Shown in pieces: positions 1 through 11,800 of a DNA stretch of 64,000 nt; position 1 is the stretch's first letter, and every line of letters starts with the position of its first letter. Both the position numbers and the translations under genes were made by a program. This DNA is from Eledone cirrhosa (Eukaryota), in NCBI GenBank assembly GCA_964016885.1, contig OZ024744.1:49104001-49168000 (forward strand), written 5' to 3'. The notes under the pieces are model-generated. The model was not told where the DNA came from and ran no database searches. It was given only the letters and a program-made list of their open reading frames with translations.

Positions 1-3000
1 TGGACCCGGAGGGTCGACTGGTGGTCCTAGACGTTGACGGTAGTGAAGGTGGAGCCGTCAGGCTGGTGGCCGCATATGCCCCATCCGGGACACCGCGGCC
101 AGACTTCTTCAAACGTCTAGAGACTTTTCTGGGAATGACCCGCTCCTTGCTTTTAGTGGGGGACTGGAATGGAATCCTAGATGCACGTTGGGACTATGTG
201 GGAGCATGTCCCGATAAGGGGGGGGTGTAACATCCTCAAACAGTTAATCGGTCGATTTGACCTGGCCGATAGATATCGAATAGATTTTCCGACTGTGCCA
301 CTGTGGACGTGGACTAATCTCAGCGGAACATCTAGATCGTACCTAGATAGGGTTCTAGTTAGAAATAAGGATAGGGACATGTTAAGCTGTCCACAAATGT
401 TCATGGTTGACTATTCAGATCACAAACTAGTGACCTGCATGGTCAACCTTGATAGAACCCATAGACAAGGACCCGGCTACTGGAGGCTGAACTTGTCGTT
501 ACCGACAGTGCTAATCCGTCTACTGTAGTAGACGAATTAGCACTTTAGTTAAACAGCACAGGGGCCATTGTCAACAACAGATGGTGGTACTCTCTCAAGA
601 GGGCAGTTAGATTAGACTCGTTATTTTTTAGTAAAGAATTAGCGTTAGATAGAAATAGAACCGAGAAGGAACTGGTAGATAAAGTAGAAGAGGCAATTAG
701 AAGTAGCAACGTAGCCAGCGTGCTAGCAACAAGAACGGCCTTGGACCAGTTCTTCGACGCAAAGCATGAGCGCTGCGTTGTCAGAAGCAAAATACGTGCT
801 CTTGGAAATGAGGGAGCCAAAGCTGTTAGCTGGGCCCGAGTGATGGAGGCAAAAAGTGGCAACAAGTCCATGATTCGGCCTTTGAAGGATCAAAACGGAC
901 GCGTGATACGTGAGCCAAAGCAGATGTGTGCGGCCTTTCAGCGGCACTTTGCCCAGCTATTCGGGCAGGGCGGCGCGCCGGGAGGAGCTATGAAATTCGG
1001 TCCATACCTCGATGGACTACCGTGACTCTCGGACGGCGAGGCAAAGTTCTGCGAAAAGCTGATTTCAGCCGCTGAGATAGGGGACGCGCTGAGCCAATGC
1101 GGCAAACGAAAATCTCCAGGTCTCGACGGTCTATCCTACGAATTTTACGTAACAATGCCGGACTTATTCTCCGGTCTGCTGGAAGCGGTCTACTGCAACT
1201 GGCGACAGAACAGGAGCATTCCCAGTTCTGTAACCGGGGGCGTAGTCACACTAATCAGGAAGGACGAGAATACGGGGGATGACATAGGCAACTTCCGGCC
1301 CATAACTCTGCTAAACACAGAGTTACAGATTTTGGCCAAGGTGTTGGCAATGAGGCTGGCGCTTGTCGTCGAGAACCTGGTGGGAAAAGCGAAGACATGC
1401 GCAATCCCAACCAGGTCCATACAACCTCCACCTCATGCGATACATCATAGAGAGGGTAGGGTGTAAACCCGGCTTCGGTGGGGCCCTGATCAACTTGGAT
1501 CAGTCTAAGGCTTTCGATAGGGTTGACCATCGTTACCTGGATGCGGTGCTCGAGGCGGCAGGCTTCGGACCCGTGTTCAGGGGCTGGATTGCTGCAATGC
1601 ATAACAGCAACATCTGCTCAAGGGTTAAGATGAACGGCTACCTCTTGGAGCCGTTCCATATCACGCGATCCATTCGACAGGGATGCCCTCTCTCCTCGCT
1701 TCTGTACGTATTGACTCTCGAGCCACTACTGTAGAAGTTGGAGCTATTGCAGGGCATCCCTCTCAAACCAGGACTGCGGAAAGCGGCGTCGGCTTACGCC
1801 GACAATGTGACAGTAATGGTGTCGAGCGCCTCGCAAATCGAGGAAGTCGGCACCTTACTGAAGGAATGCGGGACAAGTCCATCGGTTTGCAACTCGGATT
1901 GTGGAGAGGCAAACTGATGCCTTCCGATGGCATCGTCGGATGCTGGACGGAAGGACCAGTAAAGCTGCTTGGGGTCTGGTTTGGTCCGGACCTCCAGGTG
2001 GAGAAGAACTGAAACGAGGTGTCGGCCAAGGTGTTTGCACTCACCCAGAAGTGGGCCGAGTGCAAACTATCCTTGAAAGGTCGAGTGGAGGTGGCGAACA
2101 CTTTTATAGCGTCCGCCATCTACTACCGCTTGACCGTCGTGCCTTGTCCAGCCAAAACGCTCGCCAAAATGGAGCGCGCGCTCTTCCAATTCCTTTGGAA
2201 GGAGCTGGCTCCTTTGGTGAGAAGATCCATCTGCTGCCAACGCCCTTCCAACGGAGGGATGGGGAGGCCGTGGCTGACGATGCGCAAACACGCGCTCAGG
2301 CTGCGGCATCTCTACGTATTCCTCACCGGACAACCGGTGTGGGCCCCGTTCGTGAGGCGAGCCTTCCCACGACTCGTCTCGCTGACCGAGCTGCAGTCCT
2401 GGGTCAAGCAAAGACCGAGGAAAATGGGCGACTGGCACATCGAATGTGCTCAGGCGCTCACAGCCCTCTGGCAGGCGGACCCAGCGATCAGTGGAGACTC
2501 CACTTCGTCATTCTATAGAGGGTTGATCCGCAGCAAGTGCGTCGACGTGCTCGGTGAAACTCTGGGCGTAGAGGAAGACGAACTGTCCAGTCTGTTCGGT
2601 AGGACTTTCCGCCCGGGACCTATGGACAACCTCCAAAAGTCCCTGGCCTGGCAGTGCTACCGAGGAGCTCTACCAGTTCGAGACAAGATCTATAGACATG
2701 GCCGCCCGGGCAGGGACCCTGCAAAAAAGATCTGTCCGAGGTGCGTGCGAGATGAAGAAACCGTCGCGCACGCATTCATACACTGCCCGGACGTCACCGA
2801 CCTGTGGGGCTATGTAGAATGACTATTGTCGCGGGTGGGACCAATCCGGTTGACCACCGAGTCCATTGTCCTGATCAAACCGCCACCCTCCTTCAAAAAC
2901 GAAGGGGAGGCAGTTTTCCTTTGTGTGATAGCTATGACGAAAGAGGCTGTATGGTGGACAAGGTTAAAAGGGCTGAGGTCAGACACCTTTCTCTCCGGCC

Positions 3001-3400
3001 AACAACTGATTCTTTTTTTCAAATACCACTTTGGAAGAAGAATCAGGATGGAGAGAAAGGTGCTGTACCCCAGCAAGTTTTATGAAAGGTGGGTGAAAGT
3101 GGCGAGAATGGCCCGAGTGAATGGGCCTTCTCTCTATATCAGCCTGCAGGTTGAAGAAAAAGAGGAGGAGAGGAAAGGAGTACAAACTCTTCGTACTCCT
3201 GGAGATGAGGGTTGCACATTTTTTTCGGGGTATGTATTACCCATATGTAATGTCTCCCCCTACTGGGGAAAATCGACTAATATTAAAATTGCATTTGTGA
3301 TAATATTTTACACGTTTTTATTGTATGTAAACTTCCCCCTTTGTATTTGTCCCTTCTTTTGTGCCCCTGTGGCTAATAAAGAAACATATATATATCTATA
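1..3400 (+). mobile_element. Tx1/L1-clade non-LTR retrotransposon (family B), decayed ORF2 (APE-RT-CCHC) plus 3' UTR; 5' part outside window
   Basis: ORF fragments with LVGDWN, YLDRVLV, YSDHKL (APE); FRPITLLNTE, LDQSKAFDRVDH, RQGCPLS, AYADNV (RT); CPRC..ETVAHAFIHC. Near-identical to 52420-55860. Ends GTGCCCCTGTGGCTAATAAAGAAAC + TA/TATC tail. Many stops and frameshifts. Confidence 0.95.
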
Positions 3401-3407
3401 TATATAT

Positions 3408-3570
3408 AAGATAGTCAGGACCTCAACGGCTGATATCCGGCCGTTTTGACAGGTCTGTGTGTGTGTGTGTATATATATATGCATACAAACACACACACAC
3501 ATATATATTCACACACACACAGAGCTATCAAAACGACCGGATCTCAGCCATCGGGGTCCTGACTATCTTG
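3408..3570. mobile_element. MITE-like fold-back element with ~50-bp imperfect TIRs in a TA tract
   Basis: Left AAGATAGTCAGGACCTCAACGGCTGATATCCGGCCGTTTTGACAG is the imperfect reverse complement of right CTATCAAAACGACCGGATCTCAGCCATCGGGGTCCTGACTATCTT; interior is only (TG)n/(CA)n; flanked by TA. Confidence 0.75.
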
Positions 3571-3653
3571 TATATATATATAGATATATGTATATAATGT
3601 ATATATATATATATATATAATGTATATATATATATATATATATATAATGTATA

Positions 3654-3742
<89 letters not shown>
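3571..3742. repeat. (TA)n microsatellite
   Basis: Direct reading. Similar tracts at ~4208-4264, 16448-16526, 24805-24863, 41547-41590, 42721-42761. Confidence 0.98.
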
Positions 3743-3745
<3 letters not shown>

Positions 3746-4219
3746 AGGGTATTGAAGTTTGCTTGAAGCATTGTGGAATAATAAGGTTTATTTTCTTTTG
3801 GTCGTTTTGGAAGCCTCAACAATGCAGATGGGTAAATCTCCGGTTAACAGGATCCGGTGGTGAAGAGAGAGATGTAAGGGAGTGTAGAATGAGATATATA
3901 GTGTGTAGAGGAACGTAGGAAAGAGCGTAAAAAATAAAAATAATAACACGAGAGTCACCTTGGGAGAGATTTAATTGTCCCTATATTTCTGATTCGCATC
4001 CATCAACTGAGGGGGGGGGGGAAGGTTATCTGTCGGAGAGGAACAGTACGTGTCCTCTGGTGTTCGCTGTTCATGACTAACTGAGGTATTCTGCAGAGCG
4101 CTCGTGCACGCGGAATAAGTGTGGTCAAGCAAAGGTCGACGGTCGAAGCCTTTCTTTTAATTGTGGGAGTAGGATGGCGTTAGCTGTACTATTTATCTGT
4201 GCTGGCTATATATATATAT

Positions 4220-4265
<46 letters not shown>

Positions 4266-4268
<3 letters not shown>

Positions 4269-5128
4269 AAGATTTTCAGGTCTCTACGAAGGTCCGACTT
4301 CCACACCGATCTCAAGCTGTGGCACGCCGCCCAGGCCTTGCTCTTCCCCTCAACCACATCATCTTCTGTATTCCCAATCTTTGCTCCCAAATACAGGAAA
4401 CCCTCAACCAATTCTAGCGGCTTCCCGCCTACATTAGTGATCCCCTCTGGCTTCTCAACATTTTCTACCAGATATTTTGTTTTAGTCTCATTCATTCTCA
4501 GCCCCACACTCATCGACACAGTCTCAACCTCCCGCATCAAATCCTCTGCCTCCTTCACTGTATTTGTCACCAAAACTATGCCGTCGGCAAATTCAGCATC
4601 CGATACCTTTTTCACCCTAACTCTCCTGCTCTGAGCCGGTGCTACAGTAAAGCCAGAGTCCTGGTGTTTCTCCAGTGCAAGGCGCATACAATAGTCCACT
4701 ACGATGATAAAAAGGTAGGGAGCCAATGTATCTCCCTGGAGCACTCCAGCCAGTGTCTCAAAGAACTCTGTCATTCCATCAGGTGTAATGACTTGGGCTT
4801 TGGTGTTGGTGTAGAGCAGTGATATCAGGTCCACTATCTTCTTGGGGATTCCATAAGCCTGTAAGATCTTCATCAAGCAGTAACGGTCCACAGAATCAAA
4901 GGCCTTCCTAAAGTCAATGAAAACCATGACCGCAGGAAGGCACTTTGCTCTAGCTCCCTCTAATATCCTCCTCAGCATCAGAATGTGACTGGTGGTTGAT
5001 CTACCCTCTCTGAAGCCGTTCTGGTTGTCCCTGAGCTTCTTCTCCATCTCAGGCTGGATCCTGTTAAGAATCATCCTGTTGAGGATCTTTGCCACAAGTG
5101 ACGTCAGTGAGATCCCCCTGTAGTTGTT
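4266..5128 (-). mobile_element. RTE-group LINE, inverted 5' segment (reverse transcriptase)
   Basis: ORF 4193-5095(-): NQNGFREGRST, FIDFRKAFDSV, GVLQGDTLAPYLF, EFADGI, GLRMNETKTK, FLYLG. Confidence 0.9.
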
Positions 5129-5550
5129 GTAGTGGAGTCTGTGCTGCTGTATGGGTCTGAGACTTGGACACTGACCAAGAAACTCACTCAGATGGTGGAT
5201 GGGTGCTACACGAGAATGTTGAGGATGGCTCTGAACATTAATCAGTATACACTGAGGATGAAAAACTCAGAGCTGTATGGGAGCATCCCAAAAGTCAGCT
5301 CAAAAGTGACACAGAGGAGACTGAGGTTAGCTGGACATGCTCACCGACATCCAGAGTTGACATTGCACTCAGTGCTCCTTTGGGAGCCCCTACATGGACA
5401 CACTAGAAGAGGAAGACCAAGGTTAACGTATGTTGATACCCTAAGGACAGACACTGGTCTGTTGGAGACGCAGGACATGGCAGCGATAATGAGGGTCAGA
5501 GACCGCTGGAGAGAACTCGTCCATGGATCTCGGGAATTTTACCCGCCTTA
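5129..5550 (+). mobile_element. RTE-group LINE, non-inverted 3' segment
   Basis: ESVLLYGSETW, RRLRLAGH, LLWEP..RRGRP; continues the protein where the inverted segment stops (RRDLKI). Confidence 0.9.
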
Positions 5551-5553
5551 GAG

Positions 5554-7312
5554 ATAGTGAAAGAGTGAAGAATAACAGGGTCAACAGTACAAAAAGGATT
5601 TTATTTACAGTATTAACAATTGTTTCATTGATTAGGGTGTCTAAAAATTGCCATTCACTTGAAGTTGTGTCACTCAATTTTAGATACAATGTATGCCTAA
5701 TCAAATCATCGGGAAAACTGATTAAAATTATACACAGCGTTTGTAATATACTAGGAAAATTCAAATCACAACATCAGTAATAAAGCAAGAAAAAGAAAAA
5801 AAGATAAAAAAGAAAAAGAGAGAGAGAAAAGAGAAAAAAGAAAAAGAAAAAATAATAAATAAATAATAATAAATAAGTTAGAATGAAGATGATAAAAAGA
5901 TGAGTAAAAAAATTTTATATGTGTGTGAAGAAAAGTGAACATAATATGATTGTTGAAAATAGTTGTGGTGGTGGTGGTTAAAATATAAATATGTGATGGT
6001 ATAAACATGAAAATACTAAATATATACATATATGTATTGGTTAAATTATATTATGAAGAAATAGTACAGTGCTAAATAAAGGATAAATTAAATTGGAAGT
6101 TATGTTAGAAGTGAAGAGAATACAATAGGATATAATGTAAGAGGTCAAATATATTTAGGGAAAGAGAATGAAAGAGAGAAATGTTAGGAGGTTATGATGT
6201 TGATTCATTGATTAGTTGATTTATTGACAGTTAATAATAATTGTTTCTACTTTAGGCACAGGGCCAGCAATTACCCAGTGTATTACTGGTACTTTATAAT
6301 AGACTCAGGTGGTACAGTTTGAATTATGGAATTGTTGGGTTGAATCAAGTTGGTTTGAAATTAGCGAATTTAGTCGCTGCTTTATGCCTACAGAAAATTG
6401 ACCGTTCTATTTTGCTGTTAAGCAGCATTTTGTCATATTTTAAAATATGGAGCAACTCCATATTACAAAGTCCGCAGTGGGACAATCCATCTCTGACATT
6501 CCCTTGACAATTTCGACCAGCTAATCCCGTATTATTGATTTGTATCTTTAAGCTGACAGATTTTATTGGCGAGTGTTGTTGTGTTCATAAGTCTGCGATT
6601 CTTTATAGAGTATCTGTGGACGTACCATCTTTTTTTTAACTCCCCGGATGTACTAGAACCTATGTAGTGCCATGCTAAGTTGCCTGAATTTATAGTACAC
6701 AGGTACACTATATTTGACTCCAGGCATCTATTTTGTAGTGGGCACTTATCCGGTAAGTGACAGTTACATTTTGAAGCCTTCCTGTGTGCCGGTTCATCGA
6801 TGCGGTTTTGTATGTTGTTATGTATGGGCTGAGATTTGGGTTTGTTGATGTTTTGTTGTGATACATTCTGACGTGTGTGTGGTTGTGATGTTATGTGTTT
6901 GTGTTTTGTATTTGGTGTTATGGTGTTTGTTTGTAGGTTATTTTCTTCAGATACATATAACATTTTTTTACTTATTTTTTATCATCTTCATTCTAACTTT
7001 TTATTATTGTTTATTTATTATTTTTTCTTTTTTCTTCTTTTTTTCTTTTTCTCTCTCTCTTTTACTTTTTGCTTTTTCTTTCTTTATTACTGATGTTGTG
7101 ATTTGAATTTTCCTAGTATATTACAAACACTGTATAATTTTAATCAGTTTTTCCGATGATTTGATTAGGCATACATTGTATTTAAAATTGAGTGACACAA
7201 CTTCAAGTGATTACCAATTTTTAGACAACTTAATCAATGAAACAATTGTTAATACTGTAAATAAAACCCTTTTTTGTACTGTTGACCATGTTATTCTTCA
7301 CTCTTTCACTAT
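5554..7312 (-). mobile_element. 5'-truncated Penelope-like element (GIY-YIG end) with inverted terminal repeat (5554-5912 / 6962-7312)
   Basis: ORF 6532-6963(-) CNC..CPLQNRC..NIVY..YIGS; ~350-bp arms are reverse complements; degenerate SINE at ~6234-6460 inside. Confidence 0.85.
7145..7257 (+). ncRNA. Variant hammerhead-like motif (CCGAUGA core, long stem II); mirror copy at 5608-5720(-)
   Basis: CAGTTTTT-CCGATGA-TTTGATTAGG...CTTAATCAAT-GAAA-CAATTG-TT-AATACTG; imperfect stem I, palindromic stem III. Confidence 0.5.
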
Positions 7313-7476
7313 TATTACTCCAAGATTAACTTGCATAGGAACTCCCGAGAACTCATAAACTCGCTACCTAAGGAAACCTCTTGTTGAGTCAAACAACACC
7401 GTACATTAAAACTATCCACAATATGGAGTACTCACAACCTCTAACTAGATTACCTATAATGATAATTTGTTATCCC

Positions 7477-7504
<28 letters not shown>

Positions 7505-7507
<3 letters not shown>

Positions 7508-7748
7508 GTGACGAAACATAAGTCAATTGCATGAACTCATAATCCTTTATTTACTGCTATATATATTTTGATGACATATATGTCCCAAGGCTCTGAAACC
7601 ACCAACACCAAAAACACAGAGCTGGCATATCTAAGAACTGACTATCTGCCTGATGAGGTCAAAGCCATTCAATGGCTATCATCGAAATATATATAGCAGT
7701 AAATAAAGGATTATGAGTTCATGCAATTGACTTAAGTTTCGTCACTAT
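7505..7748. repeat. ~70-bp inverted repeat (7505-7574 / 7679-7748) of the terminal-repeat end
   Basis: ATAGTGACGAAACATAAGTCAATTGCATGAACTCATAATCC... vs ...GGATTATGAGTTCATGCAATTGACTTAAGTTTCGTCACTAT. Confidence 0.9.
7646..7699 (+). ncRNA. Minimal type I hammerhead ribozyme in a Penelope-type terminal repeat
   Basis: CTGC-CTGATGA-G..AGCCAT TCA ATGGCT..C-GAAA-TATATA-TA-GCAG; stem I CTGC/GCAG, palindromic stem III. Confidence 0.8.
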
Positions 7749-7869
7749 TATAACTCCGGAACTTATATCTTCGTCGAGTGCTCCCTATCTGCATCACTTT
7801 CTTGCTTTTATATATATATATATGACCATGCTGTAAAATGGAGGGGTAGAGAGGGCCCTTGAGTCTAGT

Positions 7870-10800
7870 AAGACATCCTCTCTAGTGCTGGTGGCACAAA
7901 TAAAAGCACCCAGTCCATGCTGTAAAGTGGTGTTGGTGTTAAGAAGGGCATCCAACCAGTGTATCAATGCCAAAACGATTATTAGCACAGCATCAAGTAT
8001 ATAGGAACAACAAAATTATGAACACTTGCATCTCAGAGTTGCAACACTTAATGTTGGCACTCTCAGGGGTAGATCTGCGGAAATAGCGGTGCTGGAGAGA
8101 AGGCATGTGGATGTGTGTTGCGTGCAAGAGGTGAGATGGAGAGGTGCCTCTGCGAGACTAGTCGGAGGCAAACATCTTAGCTATAAGCTTTTCTGGGTAG
8201 GTAAGAATGATGGGTTAGGAGGAGTAGGCATTTTCCTGGCTGTGAGATGGATCAATAAGACAATAGAGGTAGTTTGAGTTAATAATCGAATAATTAAGCT
8301 TAGATTAGTTGTAGGCAAGAGACTGCTGACAATCATCTCTGCCTATACTCCCCAAGCAGGCCTAGGCAAAGAAAAGAAAGACTGCTTTTACGAGCAACTT
8401 TTACAAACAACCGCAATGACAGAGGACGGAGACATCGTTATGCTAGTAGGTGACTTCAATGGTCATGTTGGACAGCTCCAGGATGGTTACCTGGGGTACA
8501 TAGTGGGCACGATTACGGCTCAAGAAATGAAGAAGGAGTGAATCTTCTTGAATTTTGTGATGCAAGTACACTAACCATTTGCAACACTAACTTCAAGAAA
8601 CCTACCAACCACCTAATAACCTACAAATCTGGCGAGCACATAAGCCAGATCGACTTCTTACTAGTTAGGCAGCGGGACAGCAGATAGTGTCTAATACCAA
8701 GGCATACCCTGGGGAAGAATGTACCCCACAGCATAGGTTAGTCGTTAGTGATATCTCAGTAAGCAAGAGATGGAATGAGACATACAGGAAGGTGTGGAGA
8801 AGAAGGGTCTGGAAACTAAAAGACCTTTCACTAAAATACAAATTTAGGAAAGCCCTTCAAAATGTGTATGACGAAAAAGAAGACGATTTAGAGACGTATG
8901 ACATAGATAATAACTGGAATTTCTTACGTGACAACTTACTGCAGGCTACTGATGAAACTTGTGGCTGAAGCAGAGCTCCAACCAGACAGAGAGTGACCTG
9001 GTGGTGGAACAGCACAGTAGATAAGGCCATTAGAGAGAAAGACTAGCATGGAAGGCTTGGAAAAAGGGTGGGAGTAGAGAAGGATATACAGCTGTTAAGA
9101 GAGAAGCTAGACGTCAGGTGTACTTAACATGCAGGGAGGCAGAGAGTAGGAGGTTTGCTAATGTTCTGCGATGGGAAGATCAGAGGCATCTGGTATTCCA
9201 CATTGCAGGGCAGTGTGTCAATGCAAATCAGGATGTTGTTGGAGATAAATGTGTCCGGAATGATGCTGGTGTACTTAGTGTCACGAATGATCAGAAAAAG
9301 GAGGCCTGGAAATGTTATTGTGAGAGACTGATGAATGTGGAGAACGAATGGGAGAGAGAGAAATTACCCTCAGTAGATCCAACAGAGGGACCAGCTATTG
9401 AGATTGGCGAATATAGTGTACAAGAGGCAATTAAATAAATGAAGAATGGCAAGGCTACTGGACTCTAGGGGATAGTTGCTGAGATGCTGAAGGCATCAGG
9501 GGACATAGGCACTAAACTGGTTGCACGCATCATCAATCAGGCTATTTATGGTGGTGTCATACCCAAAGACTGGTGCAGCAGTATTCTCGTAAATTGCTAC
9601 ACAGGTAAAGGGGATGCTCTGGAGAAGAGAAATTATAGGGGTATAAAACTGATAGATCAGGTTATGAAAGTGGCAGAAAGGATATTAGCACAACAAATTA
9701 GAGAAAGGGTCAAACTAGATGAGATGCAGTTTGGTTTTATGCCTGGAAAGAGTACAACATATGCCCTCTTCTTGGTGAGACAATTACAAGAGAGGTTCTT
9801 AGAGAAAAATAAGCCACTATACTTAGCCTTTGTTGACCTAGAGAAGGCCTTTGATAGGGTACTCCGATCTGTCATCTGGTGGTCCCTAAGGAAACTAGGT
9901 GTTGAGGAATGGCTTGTGAGGACAGTGCAAACTTTGTACAGAGGTACTCTCAGTAAAGTCAGGGTAGGAATGGAGTTTAGTGAGAAATTCCAGATACAAG
10001 TGGGAGTATATCAAGGTTCGTTCCTCAGCTCACTCTTGTTCATTATAGTCCTCCAAGCCACAACAGAGGAGTTTAAGAGTGGCTGTCCATGGGAACTTCT
10101 CTATGCTGACGATCTGGTTCTTATAGCAGAATCAGTAGAGGAGCTAGAGAATAAATTATGGCTATGGAAACAGTAGTTGGAAGCAAGAGGACTGAGAGTT
10201 AACATAGCTAAGACAAAAGTGTTGATGAGTAGAAAAGAGGACAAATCTCTGATTCCATCAGGGAAATGGCCATGTTCGATATGCAGAAAAGGAACTGGCA
10301 TAAATTCTATAAAATGCACACAATGCAGATCCTGGGTACACAAGAGATGTAGTGGGATAGCAGGGAAACTAACAAGTAGGGAGAAATACGTATGCAGTAG
10401 ATGTACAGGGAAATTAGACAGTAGAAGTCGCATTGATAGACACATTTTTCAAATGCAGGCGGGTGCTATAGAAGTGGTGGATAGCTTCCGGTTCCTAGGA
10501 GATCAGATTAGCATGGGAGGGGGTGTTCCGATGCCATAGTATCTAGAATAAGGACGGGTTGGAAGAAGTTTAGGGAGCCGCTTCCTCTGCTGACAAAGAA
10601 GGGTTTCTCCCTGCGTACGAAAGGCCGGTTATATTATGCCTGTGTGAGGAGCGCGAATTTGTATGGTAGTGAGACATGGGCAGCAACTGCAGAGGATATG
10701 CGACGGCTGGAGAGAAATGAGGCAAGCATGCTCCATTGGATGTGCAATGTCAATGTGCGTGAACGACCCAGCATTAATGTGTTGAGAGAGAAACTGTGTC

Positions 10801-11091
10801 TGAGAAGGATAGTATGTAGTGTGCGAGAGAGGAGACTGAGGTGGTATGGACATGTGATGCGCATGGAGGATGACCGATGGGTGAAGAAGTGCCAGGAAAT
10901 GCCTGTTGAAGGAAGACGTGGTAGAGGTAAACCACGAAAAACTTGGGCGGAGGTGGTGAGAACAGACCTCAGATCGCTGAAGCTCACGGTGGAGATGACG
11001 AAGGACCGTGACAAGTGGAGAGATGCTGAATAAGACCCGTCCCACCCTTGCAAGCAGGGAAAAGCGGTCGTAAAATGATGATGATGATGAT
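7870..11091 (+). mobile_element. Near full-length decayed RTE-clade LINE (APE-RT, Cys/His finger, (GAT)n tail)
   Basis: LRVATLNVGTL, CVQEVRW, NYRGIKL, QFGFMPG, FVDLEKAFDRV, LLYADDL, RRLRWYGH, RGRGKPRKTW; tail AAATGATGATGATGAT. Confidence 0.93.
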
Positions 11092-11352
11092 AGGAATGAA
11101 AAATGGCATGCTGTGTTGTGGCAAATGTGATATAGAAATTAAAATGAAGAATTAGAAATAGGACTATCCATCATCAGTTGTCTACTAGCCATCATAGGTA
11201 TTTCTTCGCATTAAAGATCAGATACCTCCGGCGAGCGCGAACAATAACTAAAATAAGTTATTGGGATAAAAAGAACTGTGTGGAGAAAGAGAGACAGGTA
11301 AACAGACAAGAATGGTGAGGCAACATAAAGATAGGAAAATGAGAAAATCAAG

Positions 11353-11800
11353 TCAGTGATTCATTTGAACATAAGAACTTGCGAACAATGATGAGAAGAC
11401 GAAAGACCATCCGTACCGTGCGAAGTGTGAGCGAGAAAAGAATTTTGTACGGTGCCGGATGTTGGAGGAAGTGAGAGAGGGTGAGTAGCAGAGAGTGAGT
11501 GAGTGAAAGTGTGAGGAAGAGGCCAGCCAAGAGAGGGTGATTAGCAGAGGGGGAGAATGAGAGTAAGAGGGAGAAGGAGAGAGAAAGAGGATAGCAGTAA
11601 GGGAAGAGAAACAGACAGGTCACAGAATGAAAAAATGGCGTGCTATGTTGTTGCAAATGTGATATACAAATTAATCTCTAACATCCTCCAACATCCGGCA
11701 CCGTACAAAATTCTTTTCTCGCTCACACTTCACACGGTACGGATGGTCTTTCGTCTTCTCATCATTGTTCGCAAGTTCTTATGTTGAAATGAATCACTGA
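11353..11800. repeat. ~117-bp inverted repeat (11353-11469 / 11684-11800)
   Basis: TCAGTGATTCATTTGAACATAAG...GCCGGATGTTGGAGGA vs TCCTCCAACATCCGGC...CTTATGTTGAAATGAATCACTGA. Confidence 0.92.

Noticed and set aside
1901-2518. Long alternative-frame and antisense ORFs over Tx1 ORF2 (also 54109-54705, 54521-54892)
   Set aside because: Shadow ORFs of GC-rich coding sequence; they recur only because the copies are near-identical.
2826-3449. C-terminally extended ORF2
   Set aside because: The TAG stop seen in B (55601-55603) is CAG here; read-through into the UTR of an already dead copy.
3960-4020. Degenerate hammerhead/Penelope end on the minus strand (TTGATGG..GAAATATAGGG); similar hint at ~35610-35660
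   Set aside because: Core and stems too degraded to call.
11385-11410. Hammerhead-like ATGATGAGAAGACGAAA
   Set aside because: Lacks the core C and has no stem I or stem III pairing.
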